From a virus, in the IMG/VR virus record IMGVR_UViG_3300035670_000083, positions 1 through 64,000 of that record: DNA of 64,000 bases. One strand, 5' to 3'. Of this stretch, positions 10,068 through 19,950 are shown in pieces. Every line of letters begins with the position of its first letter. The stretch's first letter is position 1. A program made the position numbers and the translations under genes. The notes beneath the pieces are model-generated. The model was not told the DNA's origin. It worked only from the letters and a program-made list of their open reading frames with translations, and searched no databases.

Positions 10068-10862
10068 TTAGTTTAAAAGACTCCAATACTTATTAAATTT
10101 ATTCAACCTATCTTCGAGTCCGTGTGTTCCACCATTTACTCTTTTAGTTAATTTTGTTACTACATCTTCTGATGATCCCATATCACATATTTTCCATAGG
10201 TTATTTTTCTCAAAGAAAAAAGCTGCTGATGCAAGTGGATATTTATCACTTACAAGATCTGGATTTTCAACACAATCTTCTCCAATGAATTTTGAGAATT
10301 CTGAATAATTATCTTTACCTGTTAATTGTATATAACCTCTTCCTCTGAATTTCCATCCTTCTTTTGATTCTTCTGATCCATTTCCCATTCTGTTTGCGTA
10401 AACTCTTGATGCTATTTTTTCTGGATTTCTTGCATATTCAGAGGCTGGCGTATCTTTAAAATATTTACCAAAAATTGAAATTAGACCTGATTCAGAATAA
10501 TTAAGATTTTCTTTTATTAATTCAAAATTACCAGATTCGTGAGCACATTGTGATAAAAAATGAGCGAGTCTTAGCTTATTTGTTATAGAGAATTTTCCCA
10601 TAACTTCTGGTAGTTGTTTCAAAACTGATTCTTTGATTATTCCTTTCAAGGGGTTTAAATCTATATCTTGTTTTTTAATAGGAGGAAATAATTTATTCCA
10701 TGTTGAATCTCCTATGATACCATCTGGATTCAATCCATTTTCTATTTGCCATTTTTTAACTGATTTTTCGGTATTTGGTCCGAAATCACCATCAGCAGTT
10801 ATTCCTAATTTTTCTTGAATTAGTTTTACTTTTTCTCCTTTACTTCCTAATTTTATTACCAT
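10068..10862 (-). CDS. Endolysin: peptidoglycan-binding domain plus GH19-family glycosidase
   Basis: ADGDFGPNTE..VKKWQ..NGL.PDGIIG; AHFLSQCAHES, ENLNYS, FRGRGYIQLTGKDNY, VNGGTHGLEDR. Confidence 0.9.
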   Translation of the reverse strand: MVIKLGSKGEKVKLIQEKLGITADGDFGPNTEKSVKKWQIENGLNPDGIIGDSTWNKLFPPIKKQDIDLNPLKGIIKESVLKQLPEVMGKFSITNKLRLAHFLSQCAHESGNFELIKENLNYSESGLISIFGKYFKDTPASEYARNPEKIASRVYANRMGNGSEESKEGWKFRGRGYIQLTGKDNYSEFSKFIGEDCVENPDLVSDKYPLASAAFFFEKNNLWKICDMGSSEDVVTKLTKRVNGGTHGLEDRLNKFNKYWSLLN

Positions 10863-10894
10863 TTTCCATTATTATTTTTTTTTATATATAAAAA

Positions 10895-11326
10895 ATGAAA
10901 CACATTAAAATCTTCGAGTCAAAGACTTTAGTTGAGCAGAAAATGAATTTATTGGATAGTATTTTTTTAGAATTGTATGATGATGGTTTTGATTATAACA
11001 TCATAAAAGGAAGTAACAATTGGATGTCAATTCCAATTTTCAAAGATTCAAGTTTGGATAGAAATCTTTATCCATCATCTACCTCAGTAGGTGATGATCC
11101 AAAATATCGTAGGTATCATAATCTACCTTCTAAATTGATTTATGTAGTTGTGACTAAAGAAGTAAGAAGATTCTCTGATTCCGATGAAAAGAAATTAGAG
11201 GATTTTACTAAGTATTTAAGGCAAATGGGTATGCCTCCAAGAGGAGGAGTTGGAGGACACAATTTCAGAATATTTTATTTTGATAAGTGGGGAAAAATGA
11301 CGGATTCTAACCTTTTATCTCCTTGA
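10895..11326 (+). CDS. Hypothetical protein with MKHIKIFES leader
   Basis: ORF preceded by TTATATATA motif. Confidence 0.6.
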   Translation: MKHIKIFESKTLVEQKMNLLDSIFLELYDDGFDYNIIKGSNNWMSIPIFKDSSLDRNLYPSSTSVGDDPKYRRYHNLPSKLIYVVVTKEVRRFSDSDEKKLEDFTKYLRQMGMPPRGGVGGHNFRIFYFDKWGKMTDSNLLSP

Positions 11327-11501
11327 CTTTGTATTTCCATCCGGAGTCTGAATTTTTTTCGAAAGCAAGTGCAATTCTGTTTGCTTCTTCTTCATCCTGA
11401 AATTCCCAGACATCTTCAGCTCCATTTAGTAAAACAATTGATTGCTTTCTATTATTTGGTAGAATAATTTCTTTAATGATTATAAAGGTTGTTTTTTTCA
11501 T
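11307..11501 (-). CDS. Hypothetical protein
   Basis: 64 aa ORF following the clamp-like gene. Confidence 0.5.
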   Translation of the reverse strand: MKKTTFIIIKEIILPNNRKQSIVLLNGAEDVWEFQDEEEANRIALAFEKNSDSGWKYKVKEIKG

Positions 11502-11512
11502 TTATTTTAGAT

Positions 11513-12292
11513 TTAGTTATTAAAGTCTTGTTCAAATGATATCATAAGTTGACTTATATTATCTTTTAAAAGTATGAAAGTTTCAAAAACATGAAAATTA
11601 ATATCTCCTCCGTTATCATTAATTGATGATAAGAATTTTTTATTTATCATTAGGTGTTTATCATCTTCGGCTGTTTCATCAACTTCTAATTCCCATAGTT
11701 GTGATTCAGATATCATAACTTTAAAGTCTTCTACATTTATATGTAGTATTCTTCTTGTATCATCAGAATTTATTGAGGATAAGTTTTTTATATCAGAAAA
11801 GTCTGAATTTTTAACTCTGAAAGACCAATTTTTATTTTTTAAATTTAGTCTTTGTGCCAATTGTTCTTTTTCAATATTTCTTATTTCAGATGTTTCTCCT
11901 GTTTCTATTTGTAATTTCAATTTTCCATTATTTATTTTTACGTTTCTAGCTTCGGAATTTTGACTATCTTCTTCTTTATGTTGTATTAACATTTCTATCT
12001 TCTCATCTTTTTTAATGAATCCTAAATTCTTAACGAATTTTTTTGCATTTGTGATGATTATGTTTATACGATGTGTCAATTCTTGATTGATTATCATATA
12101 TTCTGAAGTATTTATCTCGTAGTTTTTAAAAGCTAATACCATAGTCTCACTTCCGAGCATTGAGTAAATAAAAATTGATTCATTGTCAATTTTCATTTTG
12201 ATAACATCTGAGATTTTAGTAAGATCTTTCAACTTTGATATAAAGTCATCAAATGTTGATTGGTTAAATTGAATTTTAAGCTTTTGGTTCAT
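11513..12292 (-). CDS. Possible sliding clamp (gp45/PCNA-like)
   Basis: 259 aa, two-fold alpha/beta pattern reminiscent of clamps, near polymerase and primase; no diagnostic motif. Confidence 0.35.
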   Translation of the reverse strand: MNQKLKIQFNQSTFDDFISKLKDLTKISDVIKMKIDNESIFIYSMLGSETMVLAFKNYEINTSEYMIINQELTHRINIIITNAKKFVKNLGFIKKDEKIEMLIQHKEEDSQNSEARNVKINNGKLKLQIETGETSEIRNIEKEQLAQRLNLKNKNWSFRVKNSDFSDIKNLSSINSDDTRRILHINVEDFKVMISESQLWELEVDETAEDDKHLMINKKFLSSINDNGGDINFHVFETFILLKDNISQLMISFEQDFNN

Positions 12293-12333
12293 TTTTAAGA
12301 ATTTATTAATTAATATATAACTTAAAATAGAAT

Positions 12334-13524
12334 TTGTTTTTTATGAAAGAACTTAAAGGAAAAAGAATAAGATTAGTAAGAATGGAAGATCCTTATACTA
12401 ATTTGAAAAAAGGTGATTTAGGAACTATAACTGGAATTGATGGTTTGAACCAAATATTAGTAAAATGGGATAATGGATCTACATTAAGCTTGATTCCAGA
12501 TGTTGATGAATATGAAATACTAGAAGTTGAAAGAAGAATTTATTCTTTCCAAAAGTTTTTAGAATTTGTTCAAGAAGAATCATATATTGATGCAAAATTA
12601 GAGGAATTGGAAGATCTTGTTTCTTCCTTCACCGAAGGAAAGGATTTGATGTATGAATGGGAAAATAAAAATGATCATCAAGTTATTATCACCTATCAAA
12701 TAAATGGAGATTCAACAAAATTTGAAATGGATTTAGATTCTAATTTAATAATCAAAACACACAATGATAAGATTGTTTTACAAGAGGAAATAGATTCTGT
12801 AGAATCTGGATTGGATATGATAGAAAAAGAAATACAATCTGATTTAGGAATATATGAAGGATATTCATCGCAATGGGATTCTTCAATAGAAGAAGATGAG
12901 GCTAATAGAATTGTTTATCAAATGAAAAAGTTTCAATCTAATTATAATCAAAGTGAAGAAATGGATGAGCAATTGGTTGAAGTTTTAAAAAGGAAACTTA
13001 AACATTATGATGAGATAAATATGGATTTTGTTATAGATGCTCTTTTATTTGATGATGCTTCAGATGAGACTGCTGAAAATATTATTAGAACTGGTGATAT
13101 CATAATGAATAAATTTGGAACAGAGCCTCAGATGGTTGTAAATGCTTTTGAAGATGCTTTCTCTGTTTTATCAAGTTATGTCAATATGTGGGATGATGAG
13201 AATGAAGATGATGAGGATGAAGATGATGAGGATGAAGTAGATAATAGGATAAGACATTCTGCATTTGAAAGAATCGAAGAAAAAAAGAAAGGAGGTCGTC
13301 CTAAGTCAGGAAGAACTGAAAGTGGTAGAAAGGTACCAGGTAAATACTTAACTAAAAATAGAAAAGCTATGAAAAAGGAAATAGAAAAGTATAGTGGTAC
13401 TGATACTTATAAGAAAGATTGGGATGCTGATTATAAGTCTGGAAAAGGTGGTGAAGGAAAAAGATATAAAACCAAAAAGTCGGCAGCTACGAAAGCTTAT
13501 CAAAAAAAATATGGAAAAAAATGA
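12334..13524 (+). CDS. DUF4314-like N-terminal domain protein with acidic and basic tails
   Basis: GKRIRLVRMEDPY...GTITGIDGLNQILVKWDNGSTLSLIP resembles DUF4314. Confidence 0.55.
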   Translation: MFFMKELKGKRIRLVRMEDPYTNLKKGDLGTITGIDGLNQILVKWDNGSTLSLIPDVDEYEILEVERRIYSFQKFLEFVQEESYIDAKLEELEDLVSSFTEGKDLMYEWENKNDHQVIITYQINGDSTKFEMDLDSNLIIKTHNDKIVLQEEIDSVESGLDMIEKEIQSDLGIYEGYSSQWDSSIEEDEANRIVYQMKKFQSNYNQSEEMDEQLVEVLKRKLKHYDEINMDFVIDALLFDDASDETAENIIRTGDIIMNKFGTEPQMVVNAFEDAFSVLSSYVNMWDDENEDDEDEDDEDEVDNRIRHSAFERIEEKKKGGRPKSGRTESGRKVPGKYLTKNRKAMKKEIEKYSGTDTYKKDWDADYKSGKGGEGKRYKTKKSAATKAYQKKYGKK

Positions 13525-13808
13525 AACACCTAAGAAAATTTAAATTATTTGAAGAATTTGATAAAGATGGATATGAATCACACTGGAAAAAATTTGTTGA
13601 TTGGTTAACCGGTGAAAAGGATTTTGATCTTTATGCAGGAGAAGAAGATTTAAAAAAGAACTTTTTAAAAATTGTAAATAATGATTCATATTCGGCTGAT
13701 GAAAAAGCTCAGAAGGTTGCAGCTTATTTAGATATGAAATGGGGTTTGCATGATGGATATTCAGAAGTGGTTGATTATTTGGAAAGTTTATTGATGGATG
13801 AGATTTAA
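13521..13808 (+). CDS. Hypothetical protein with MKHLRKFKLFEE leader
   Basis: ORF overlaps upstream stop (ATGA). Confidence 0.6.
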   Translation: MKHLRKFKLFEEFDKDGYESHWKKFVDWLTGEKDFDLYAGEEDLKKNFLKIVNNDSYSADEKAQKVAAYLDMKWGLHDGYSEVVDYLESLLMDEI

Positions 13809-13837
13809 ATCCTTATTTTTGTGAAAAATTAAAATAC

Positions 13838-14257
13838 ATGAATCTAAAAAGGTTAAAAATAAAAATTCTAAGATTTATAAAGTATTTAGATGCTAATAAT
13901 ATTAGATACAGACTTCCTAAAAATTTAAATCAGTCTCAAAAATTTTCAATTGGAATTTTTTTTAAAGTTCTTAAAAATCAAAGTACAGAACTTTATTATG
14001 ATCTTATTACCGGTGAATGTTATCTTTCAAATAATGAAATAAATGTTCATATTTTTATAGAAGATAACAATATAAAAGTTATAAATTCTATTTATAGTTA
14101 TGATATATCAATTGATCAACAAACAGAAAGATATCTAATTAGAAGATTTGAACTTGTGTTAAATAAAAGAAGAATAGATTTCAAAAATAGTATTATCTCA
14201 AAAACTGAACATCACTTACTACAAACGTATCAGAAAATATTGGATTATCGTCCTTGA
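13838..14257 (+). CDS. Hypothetical protein
   Basis: 139 aa ORF. Confidence 0.5.
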   Translation: MNLKRLKIKILRFIKYLDANNIRYRLPKNLNQSQKFSIGIFFKVLKNQSTELYYDLITGECYLSNNEINVHIFIEDNNIKVINSIYSYDISIDQQTERYLIRRFELVLNKRRIDFKNSIISKTEHHLLQTYQKILDYRP

Positions 14258-14385
14258 CCTTTATACTTTTTCTTGTAATTTTTGGATGATTTCAAACTTG
14301 AATGGTTCTTTTTTGAGTGAACTCCAGGTCTTTTAGTTTTGGTTTTATTAATTTTCCCGATAGAAGATTCTTTTTTACTTGCCAT
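14245..14385 (-). CDS. Small very basic protein (46 aa), absent from the ORF track
   Basis: MASKKESSIGKINKTKTKRPGVHSKKNHSSLKSSKNYKKKYKGQGR; TAATATATA just upstream on the minus strand. Confidence 0.7.
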   Translation of the reverse strand: MASKKESSIGKINKTKTKRPGVHSKKNHSSLKSSKNYKKKYKGQGR

Positions 14386-14460
14386 TTTTTCTTTTTATAT
14401 ATTAATCATAAAAATTGATTTTTTCAAATTAATATATACAATAAAGAAAAATAAATTAAT

Positions 14461-14838
14461 ATGGATAAATTAATGACTTTTGAATCCTTTTCAAATGAAT
14501 TGGATTATGAGAAATACTATCATTTAGTAGAAGATATAATTTTACTCGAAGAAGCAACTGCTGGATCGGTTGATAACCCTAATTCAAAGGCTGCGAAAAT
14601 GATCAAAAAGAAGTCTAAAGATAGTGGAATATCACAAGGTATTCTTAAACAGGTATATAAGCGTGGAAACGCGGCTTGGAATGCTGGACATCGCCCAGGA
14701 ACTCCACAAACAGCTTGGGCAACTGGTCGTGTAAATTCATTCATTACCGGTGCAGGAGGTGCAAGAAAAGCTGATGCGGATCTTTGGAAAAAAGCTAAAG
14801 AACAAAAAGCTAAAAAAAATAAGAAAAAGAAAAAATGA
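14461..14838 (+). CDS. Conserved viral protein (DUF5824-like) with leader
   Basis: LKQVYKRGNAAW..GHRPG.....WA.GRVNSF motif, recognised from large phage and giant virus proteins. Confidence 0.5.
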   Translation: MDKLMTFESFSNELDYEKYYHLVEDIILLEEATAGSVDNPNSKAAKMIKKKSKDSGISQGILKQVYKRGNAAWNAGHRPGTPQTAWATGRVNSFITGAGGARKADADLWKKAKEQKAKKNKKKKK

Positions 14839-15275
14839 AACATTTAAAAAGTTTTTTTGAAGCAGTAGAAGAAAAATTAGAAGAATCATCTTCAATTGAA
14901 GAGTGTATTGAAGCATGTAAAGAATGTATTGAAAAATGTGAAGAGTGTGCTGAATCCTGTGAAAAGGAAGGACATGATGAGTGTGCTAAGAGATGTAGAG
15001 AATGTGTAGAGGTTTGTAAACTATGTGTTTGGTCTATGGAAAATGATTCTCCTAATATGGATGAGATATGTGAGTTATGTGCAGAAGTTTGTGAATCTTG
15101 TGCTGATTGTTGTGAAGAAGATGGAATGGGTATTTGTGTTGAAGCTTGTAGAAAATGTTCTGAGCTTTGTCAGGAAGTTGAAGATTCTGTTGAAGAAATG
15201 GAAGATGAAATGGAGGATAGAGAGGAAGAGAGAGAAGATTTAGAAGAATCGGAAGATGAAGATTTAGAGGACTAA
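14835..15275 (+). CDS. Cys-rich four-helix bundle (Csp/DUF326 copper-binding-like) with MKHLKSFFE leader
   Basis: Repeated CxxxCxxC spacing (CIEACKECIEKCEECAESC...CAEVCESCADCC...CVEACRKCSELC). Confidence 0.7.
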   Translation: MKHLKSFFEAVEEKLEESSSIEECIEACKECIEKCEECAESCEKEGHDECAKRCRECVEVCKLCVWSMENDSPNMDEICELCAEVCESCADCCEEDGMGICVEACRKCSELCQEVEDSVEEMEDEMEDREEEREDLEESEDEDLED

Positions 15276-15988
15276 TCTAAAATTTGTCCTAATTTATAAT
15301 CTCTATTCTGAGTTATCAATGATTCGTTAAAGTATCCAACATTTTCTAAAATAAATACTTCTTTTGTTTCAGATGGAAATACGATCTTTGAAAGTTTGTA
15401 AGTTAGATTGATGAAATCAATTTTCTGAACGATAAAATCATTAGTTTCATCTCCTTTTATTGAAACTACTGTACCAACTGGAAATTTTATTTTTGATAAT
15501 TCATTATTTTCATCATCATATGAAAATAATTTAGAAATTATTTCTATTGTTTTTTCAATTAAAGAAACTATTAATATAATTTCTGTCAGTGTTTTATTTT
15601 TAAATACTAATTTTCGATTTATATAATCGGTTTTGTAGATTTTTAAATCACTTTCTTCAAAAATAGGCAAAGAAATATCTTCTTTTTTTAATTTATATCT
15701 AATGTCTTTACTATCAATTATAAAAAAATATTCATTTTCTAATAATTGTTCGCATATATTGTCAAATCTTTTGAGTGTTCTTTTAGCGACTGAATAAGTA
15801 AAAATAAAATCAATTCTTATATTACCAATTTTTTCAAAATTGGTAAATTGATTGAACTCAGTTTGTTTACGAAATATACTTAGTTTTATTCCATTACTTG
15901 TTGATAAAGGAATACTGGAAATTGACAGACCTGATTTATCAAGTCTGTCATTCCATTTTTCATTCCATTTTTCATTCACTTCAAACAT
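15272..15988 (-). CDS. Hypothetical protein
   Basis: 238 aa; C-terminal RDYKLGQIL motif. Confidence 0.55.
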   Translation of the reverse strand: MFEVNEKWNEKWNDRLDKSGLSISSIPLSTSNGIKLSIFRKQTEFNQFTNFEKIGNIRIDFIFTYSVAKRTLKRFDNICEQLLENEYFFIIDSKDIRYKLKKEDISLPIFEESDLKIYKTDYINRKLVFKNKTLTEIILIVSLIEKTIEIISKLFSYDDENNELSKIKFPVGTVVSIKGDETNDFIVQKIDFINLTYKLSKIVFPSETKEVFILENVGYFNESLITQNRDYKLGQILD

Positions 15989-17567
15989 AAAGCAATTCCT
16001 TTTTTTCTTTTGTTACTTTGGCTCTTTCTCTAATTTCCTCAAAAGTCCATTCTTTTGTGATAACACCATTGTTAAATACTTCAACCAATTCGTCTTGGTA
16101 TTTATCAAAATCTTCCTCAACTGATGTTACTGTTTTGTAACCACCTTCAGTTCTTACAAGTTTTGGAATTCCTCTTTTTGATTTTTTGAAGGATTTAACT
16201 TGGTTGAAGTTTTCATCAATCTCTGTTGGTGATTTAACAACATTTCTTTCCTCACCATCAATGATTGCATAACAAGCTTTGGTTGCAAAGTTCTGAGTAT
16301 CACGATCGATGTCAGCTTGAAGAAGTTTACCACCCATTCCAAAAACGATATTCTCTGCTGAAATTTTTTCTTTGATCAAAAAGTCATAGATTTCTTTGAT
16401 AGAGTTGATATTTACTCCATCGCCTTGGATAACTCTGATCTGTGGCGGTAGAACTTTGTATCCTTTTGAATTTGTTCTATATCCGAAGTTCTCAAAAAGT
16501 GAGTTAAATATCATTTTCAAAGTGTTAAGAACGTGTCCAGAGTCAGGTCTAATTACAAGTTGGTTTCCCGGTGTACCAGGTCTGCTAAGGATTTCAGCCT
16601 TTAGTTGTTTTCCCCAGTAGTTATTAACTGCGTTCATAATATCATAAGTATCAGAAACACATGCAACGATTCCATTTGGATACTTTTCCAAAACTCTTCT
16701 CATCATTTCTACTTCTCCTTCTACACCTTCTAAACACATGATAGAGTGTTCTGTTGCAGGAACGCTTTGTCCGAATACTTGAGTTGTATTGTAATTATCT
16801 CTGATGAGTTTGGATGCAGCTGTCGTATCAGATCCTCTGAAATTGACCAAGTGAGCAGATCCACCGATTTCTGCAGACTGAACAGAAGAAACTCCTCTGA
16901 AACCAAAGTCATTCAAAACATATTCCATAAGGAAATCTTTTGTTGCATCATCATAATCGGTAGTTGTATCAAATGCTGATTTTACCACCTTTTTAACTTC
17001 TCTTGATAGTGTAGCAACTGTGATTGGATACCAAATTTGAAGTATCAAAGTTTCAAGAAAGTTTGTAATCCAAGCACATTTTTCATCAGTATTCTCAATA
17101 TAAAGAAGTACATTCTTGGTACCTACCACTGTTCCTTCGGGAACTGCTTTGATTCTTACTGGAAGTCTTCCACCATGTTCTTCTACGATATAATCGAATT
17201 TAGTTCTATCGAACACATCTTCTCTTCCGAATACTCCGAATTTTGTTCCAAGGTATTCGTAGGCTTCGTCAACATCTTGTTTTGTAATGGCAACTCCTTT
17301 AAGGTATTTTTTCAGGAAAACTTGAAGTCCATAGAAAACGGTTTCTGAAAATCTTCCACCTCTTGATTCAAGGTAAGATCCCATCTTTGTCATTCCATCA
17401 AGATAGAATTTGTGGTGTGAATATTTATAAGCATCTCCGAGTAGAACCAGGTTGTTTGGTTTATCGAGTGCTTTTTCAATTAGTACTTCGATTTCTTTCA
17501 AAAGCGTGAAGTCTTGATTTTCAATTGCTTTTCTTAGTTGTCTTTTAATGTGTCTTTGTAAACTCAT
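15981..17567 (-). CDS. nadV: Nicotinamide phosphoribosyltransferase
   Basis: DAYKYSH, FYGLQ, AVPEGT, LETL, WYPITVATLS, DFGFRGVSS, PATEHS, VSDTYD, IRPDSG, IQGDGV, FGMGGKLLQ. Confidence 0.93.
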   Translation of the reverse strand: MSLQRHIKRQLRKAIENQDFTLLKEIEVLIEKALDKPNNLVLLGDAYKYSHHKFYLDGMTKMGSYLESRGGRFSETVFYGLQVFLKKYLKGVAITKQDVDEAYEYLGTKFGVFGREDVFDRTKFDYIVEEHGGRLPVRIKAVPEGTVVGTKNVLLYIENTDEKCAWITNFLETLILQIWYPITVATLSREVKKVVKSAFDTTTDYDDATKDFLMEYVLNDFGFRGVSSVQSAEIGGSAHLVNFRGSDTTAASKLIRDNYNTTQVFGQSVPATEHSIMCLEGVEGEVEMMRRVLEKYPNGIVACVSDTYDIMNAVNNYWGKQLKAEILSRPGTPGNQLVIRPDSGHVLNTLKMIFNSLFENFGYRTNSKGYKVLPPQIRVIQGDGVNINSIKEIYDFLIKEKISAENIVFGMGGKLLQADIDRDTQNFATKACYAIIDGEERNVVKSPTEIDENFNQVKSFKKSKRGIPKLVRTEGGYKTVTSVEEDFDKYQDELVEVFNNGVITKEWTFEEIRERAKVTKEKKELLYV

Positions 17568-17585
17568 GATTTCTGTTATTTATTG

Positions 17586-18509
17586 TTAATCACCAAAATT
17601 ATTATTCTTATCGTAAGATTTAAATTTGTTTAAAATGTCATGATGGTCGGGCATTATATCTGTTTCTTTGATTTTATCAATTTCAAACCACTTTAATTCC
17701 ATAATATCATCTGAGGCTTGTATTGCTCCCCATAGGTATTTAGAGGTAAAAAAGTTTGTCATTATTTTATCATTTTCTCCTCTGAATCTCCAATCATTTA
17801 CCTTAGTTGAAAATATCATTTTTATCTCACCACAGCTAATATTAATTCCTGCTTCTTTATGAATTACTCTTTTAACTGCAGATTCTAAGTTTTCATCTTC
17901 TACTTTCACAAATCCTCCGATGAATCTAAATTTTGATTCGTCATATTTTTTTGCTAATAGTACTTTATTATCATCAATTATTGCAACATCCACTGCTGGA
18001 ATAACTCTTGGATAAAGGTTGTAAGCATGGTATATGACACCACTTCTAAAATCCTGTGAATTTCTTACTTCTTCTGAAAGAATTTTTCTTACATCCGTTC
18101 CAGTAAACGTACCCAATGGTTTTAGTTCTTTAGTTTTAAATTTTCCTAAACCATCTATGTAATGTGGTATGAAAGAGTCTCGACTACCATACATAAGAAC
18201 TTCTCCATGTTGGTAAACTTCTCTGATTCTTCTATCTATCTCGTTTGCCCATCTGATATTATCAGATTGATCTGGGATTGCTAAAATAACTGTATTTGGA
18301 TAGTCACTTTGTATCATTCTTTTTCTTGTGTCAAAATCCAGTGGATTTCTTTTTGTTCCTACAAATTTAGGAACTCCCAAGAAAATAATTGTTTTTTTAT
18401 GTTTATCAGTTACTTGTTTGATAATGTGATGATGTCCTTCATGTAGTTCATGAACTTGGAATCTTGCTACAATTACACCGATTGAATACTCTTTTATTTT
18501 TTCGTCCAT
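17586..18509 (-). CDS. Bifunctional NMN adenylyltransferase / Nudix domain protein (NadM-Nudix, NatV-like)
   Basis: ARFQVHELHEGH (HxGH), NPLDF..R, GSRDSF; C-terminal Nudix-like GGFV...KRVIHKEAG, ASDD. Confidence 0.88.
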   Translation of the reverse strand: MDEKIKEYSIGVIVARFQVHELHEGHHHIIKQVTDKHKKTIIFLGVPKFVGTKRNPLDFDTRKRMIQSDYPNTVILAIPDQSDNIRWANEIDRRIREVYQHGEVLMYGSRDSFIPHYIDGLGKFKTKELKPLGTFTGTDVRKILSEEVRNSQDFRSGVIYHAYNLYPRVIPAVDVAIIDDNKVLLAKKYDESKFRFIGGFVKVEDENLESAVKRVIHKEAGINISCGEIKMIFSTKVNDWRFRGENDKIMTNFFTSKYLWGAIQASDDIMELKWFEIDKIKETDIMPDHHDILNKFKSYDKNNNFGD

Positions 18510-18532
18510 TTTGACGGAGTTTTAAGTTTATA

Positions 18533-18540
18533 CAAATATA
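18533..18540 (-). promoter_or_regulatory. Bacteroidota-type -7 promoter element for the NAD salvage operon
   Basis: TATATTTG about 24 nt upstream of the NMNAT start. Confidence 0.6.
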
Positions 18541-18544
18541 AAAA

Positions 18545-18850
18545 TTAAATATGGTTTACCAAAGTTTCTCTCAATAAATTTTCTATTATTTTAGCTTTCT
18601 TTCTTGTTGTCTTGACATCTATTTGTAGTCTCCACATTTTTTCTTCATCTTCGTCCTCATCTAAGGATTTTACTCTTATCTCAAATTTATCATCAATAGG
18701 TTCAATGAACTTCTCCAATAAAATGTGTGGAACTTTTATTTCCCCTGATTCTGTTTGTATATCGTATATTTCTTTCTGCTCGATTATACTTCCTTTTTTG
18801 AAAACTATTTGATTTAATATTTCAACATCTTTTATAATTTTATAAGTCAT
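18545..18850 (-). CDS. Hypothetical protein
   Basis: 101 aa ORF. Confidence 0.55.
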   Translation of the reverse strand: MTYKIIKDVEILNQIVFKKGSIIEQKEIYDIQTESGEIKVPHILLEKFIEPIDDKFEIRVKSLDEDEDEEKMWRLQIDVKTTRKKAKIIENLLRETLVNHI

Positions 18851-18925
18851 ACTAATAATATGACATTAATTATGAAAAGTTATGTTAATTTTTTAATATA
18901 TACTATTGAAAAAATAAATTAAATT

Positions 18926-19162
18926 ATGGTAAACATTAAAAAATTCAATGAGGAATGGCAAAGTAAAATTGATTCTTTGTTTCTTCAAGAAATTTCAGAT
19001 CGTTTGTATGGTCCAGATTCAGAATCTTACATAAAAGCAATAGAGGACTTGAACAAAACTCATAGAAAACGTGTTGGACGTGTTGGAAGTGAGTTCTATG
19101 ATGATTCTTTGGAACAGAAAAGAAAACAACGCGAGAGAGATATAATAAGTCAGTTTAAGTAA
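18926..19162 (+). CDS. Hypothetical protein with MVNIKKFNE leader
   Basis: TAATATATA upstream; leader motif. Confidence 0.6.
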   Translation: MVNIKKFNEEWQSKIDSLFLQEISDRLYGPDSESYIKAIEDLNKTHRKRVGRVGSEFYDDSLEQKRKQRERDIISQFK

Positions 19163-19170
19163 TTTTAAAA

Positions 19171-19434
19171 ATGATTGAATATTTAGCAATTTTTATTCTT
19201 CAGCTTTTCTTTAACATTTTAAAAGTTTATGAGATAAAGCACTCCTATGAGAAAAACACTTTACAATTGATAATAAACTCTATTTTAATGAATGGAATTG
19301 CTCTGATAAGCGTTTATTACTCACTTCAGATGATGTTTGATGGTGATTGGTTAGTTGTTGTAATATACATTATTGGAGCTGCGATTGGTAAATGGATAGC
19401 AACTACAAACTTTTTCAAAAAATCATCTTCCTAA
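19171..19434 (+). CDS. Small membrane protein
   Basis: Three hydrophobic segments in 87 aa. Confidence 0.55.
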   Translation: MIEYLAIFILQLFFNILKVYEIKHSYEKNTLQLIINSILMNGIALISVYYSLQMMFDGDWLVVVIYIIGAAIGKWIATTNFFKKSSS

Positions 19435-19914
19435 ATAGTTAAATAATTCAATTATGTGTTTAATCGTAAATTGAAGACTCTCTAAATTTTTAGAGGTTGA
19501 TCTCAAGAATTCAATATAATTATCAATTATTTCGATATTTCTACTTTCTTCTGCAATATGAGCTTCTACCATGATTCCTTTTTCGGTAGTATTCGTTTTA
19601 ACTCCGAAAGAAGTTGCATAATAAAGGAATTTATCTTGTCTTAATTTTTTTAATTTAACTTCTTGTTTACTTCTTTTATCCAAGAAAACTGATATCTCAT
19701 CACTTATTTTTTGTCTATATGTAAGTGCTAAAGATTGAGTTTGCATTATTTTTTTAGCAGACTCATTATTAAGATCTAATTTGAAAATTTCATTCAATGG
19801 TTCGATATTTGATCCCCATTCTTCTCTTCTACCTTTAAAAAATTCTTCTAATCTTTCATTGGTTTCCTTAACTTTATTAATTCTTTCGATTTCTTCTTTT
19901 GAATAGATTTGCAT
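19423..19914 (-). CDS. Possible UvsY-like recombination mediator
   Basis: Helical protein with K..YY and C-terminal YIEFL...LQFTIKHIIEL resembling T4 UvsY; uvsX present nearby. Confidence 0.45.
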   Translation of the reverse strand: MQIYSKEEIERINKVKETNERLEEFFKGRREEWGSNIEPLNEIFKLDLNNESAKKIMQTQSLALTYRQKISDEISVFLDKRSKQEVKLKKLRQDKFLYYATSFGVKTNTTEKGIMVEAHIAEESRNIEIIDNYIEFLRSTSKNLESLQFTIKHIIELFNYLGR

Positions 19915-19950
19915 ATAGTATCTATTAAAGAATACTTAGTTTGTTTAAGG

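Noticed and set aside
16154-17348. Several short ORFs overlapping nadV, and similar ones inside ppk2, uvsX and the sheath gene
   Set aside because: They overlap well-supported genes in other frames and have no recognisable features.
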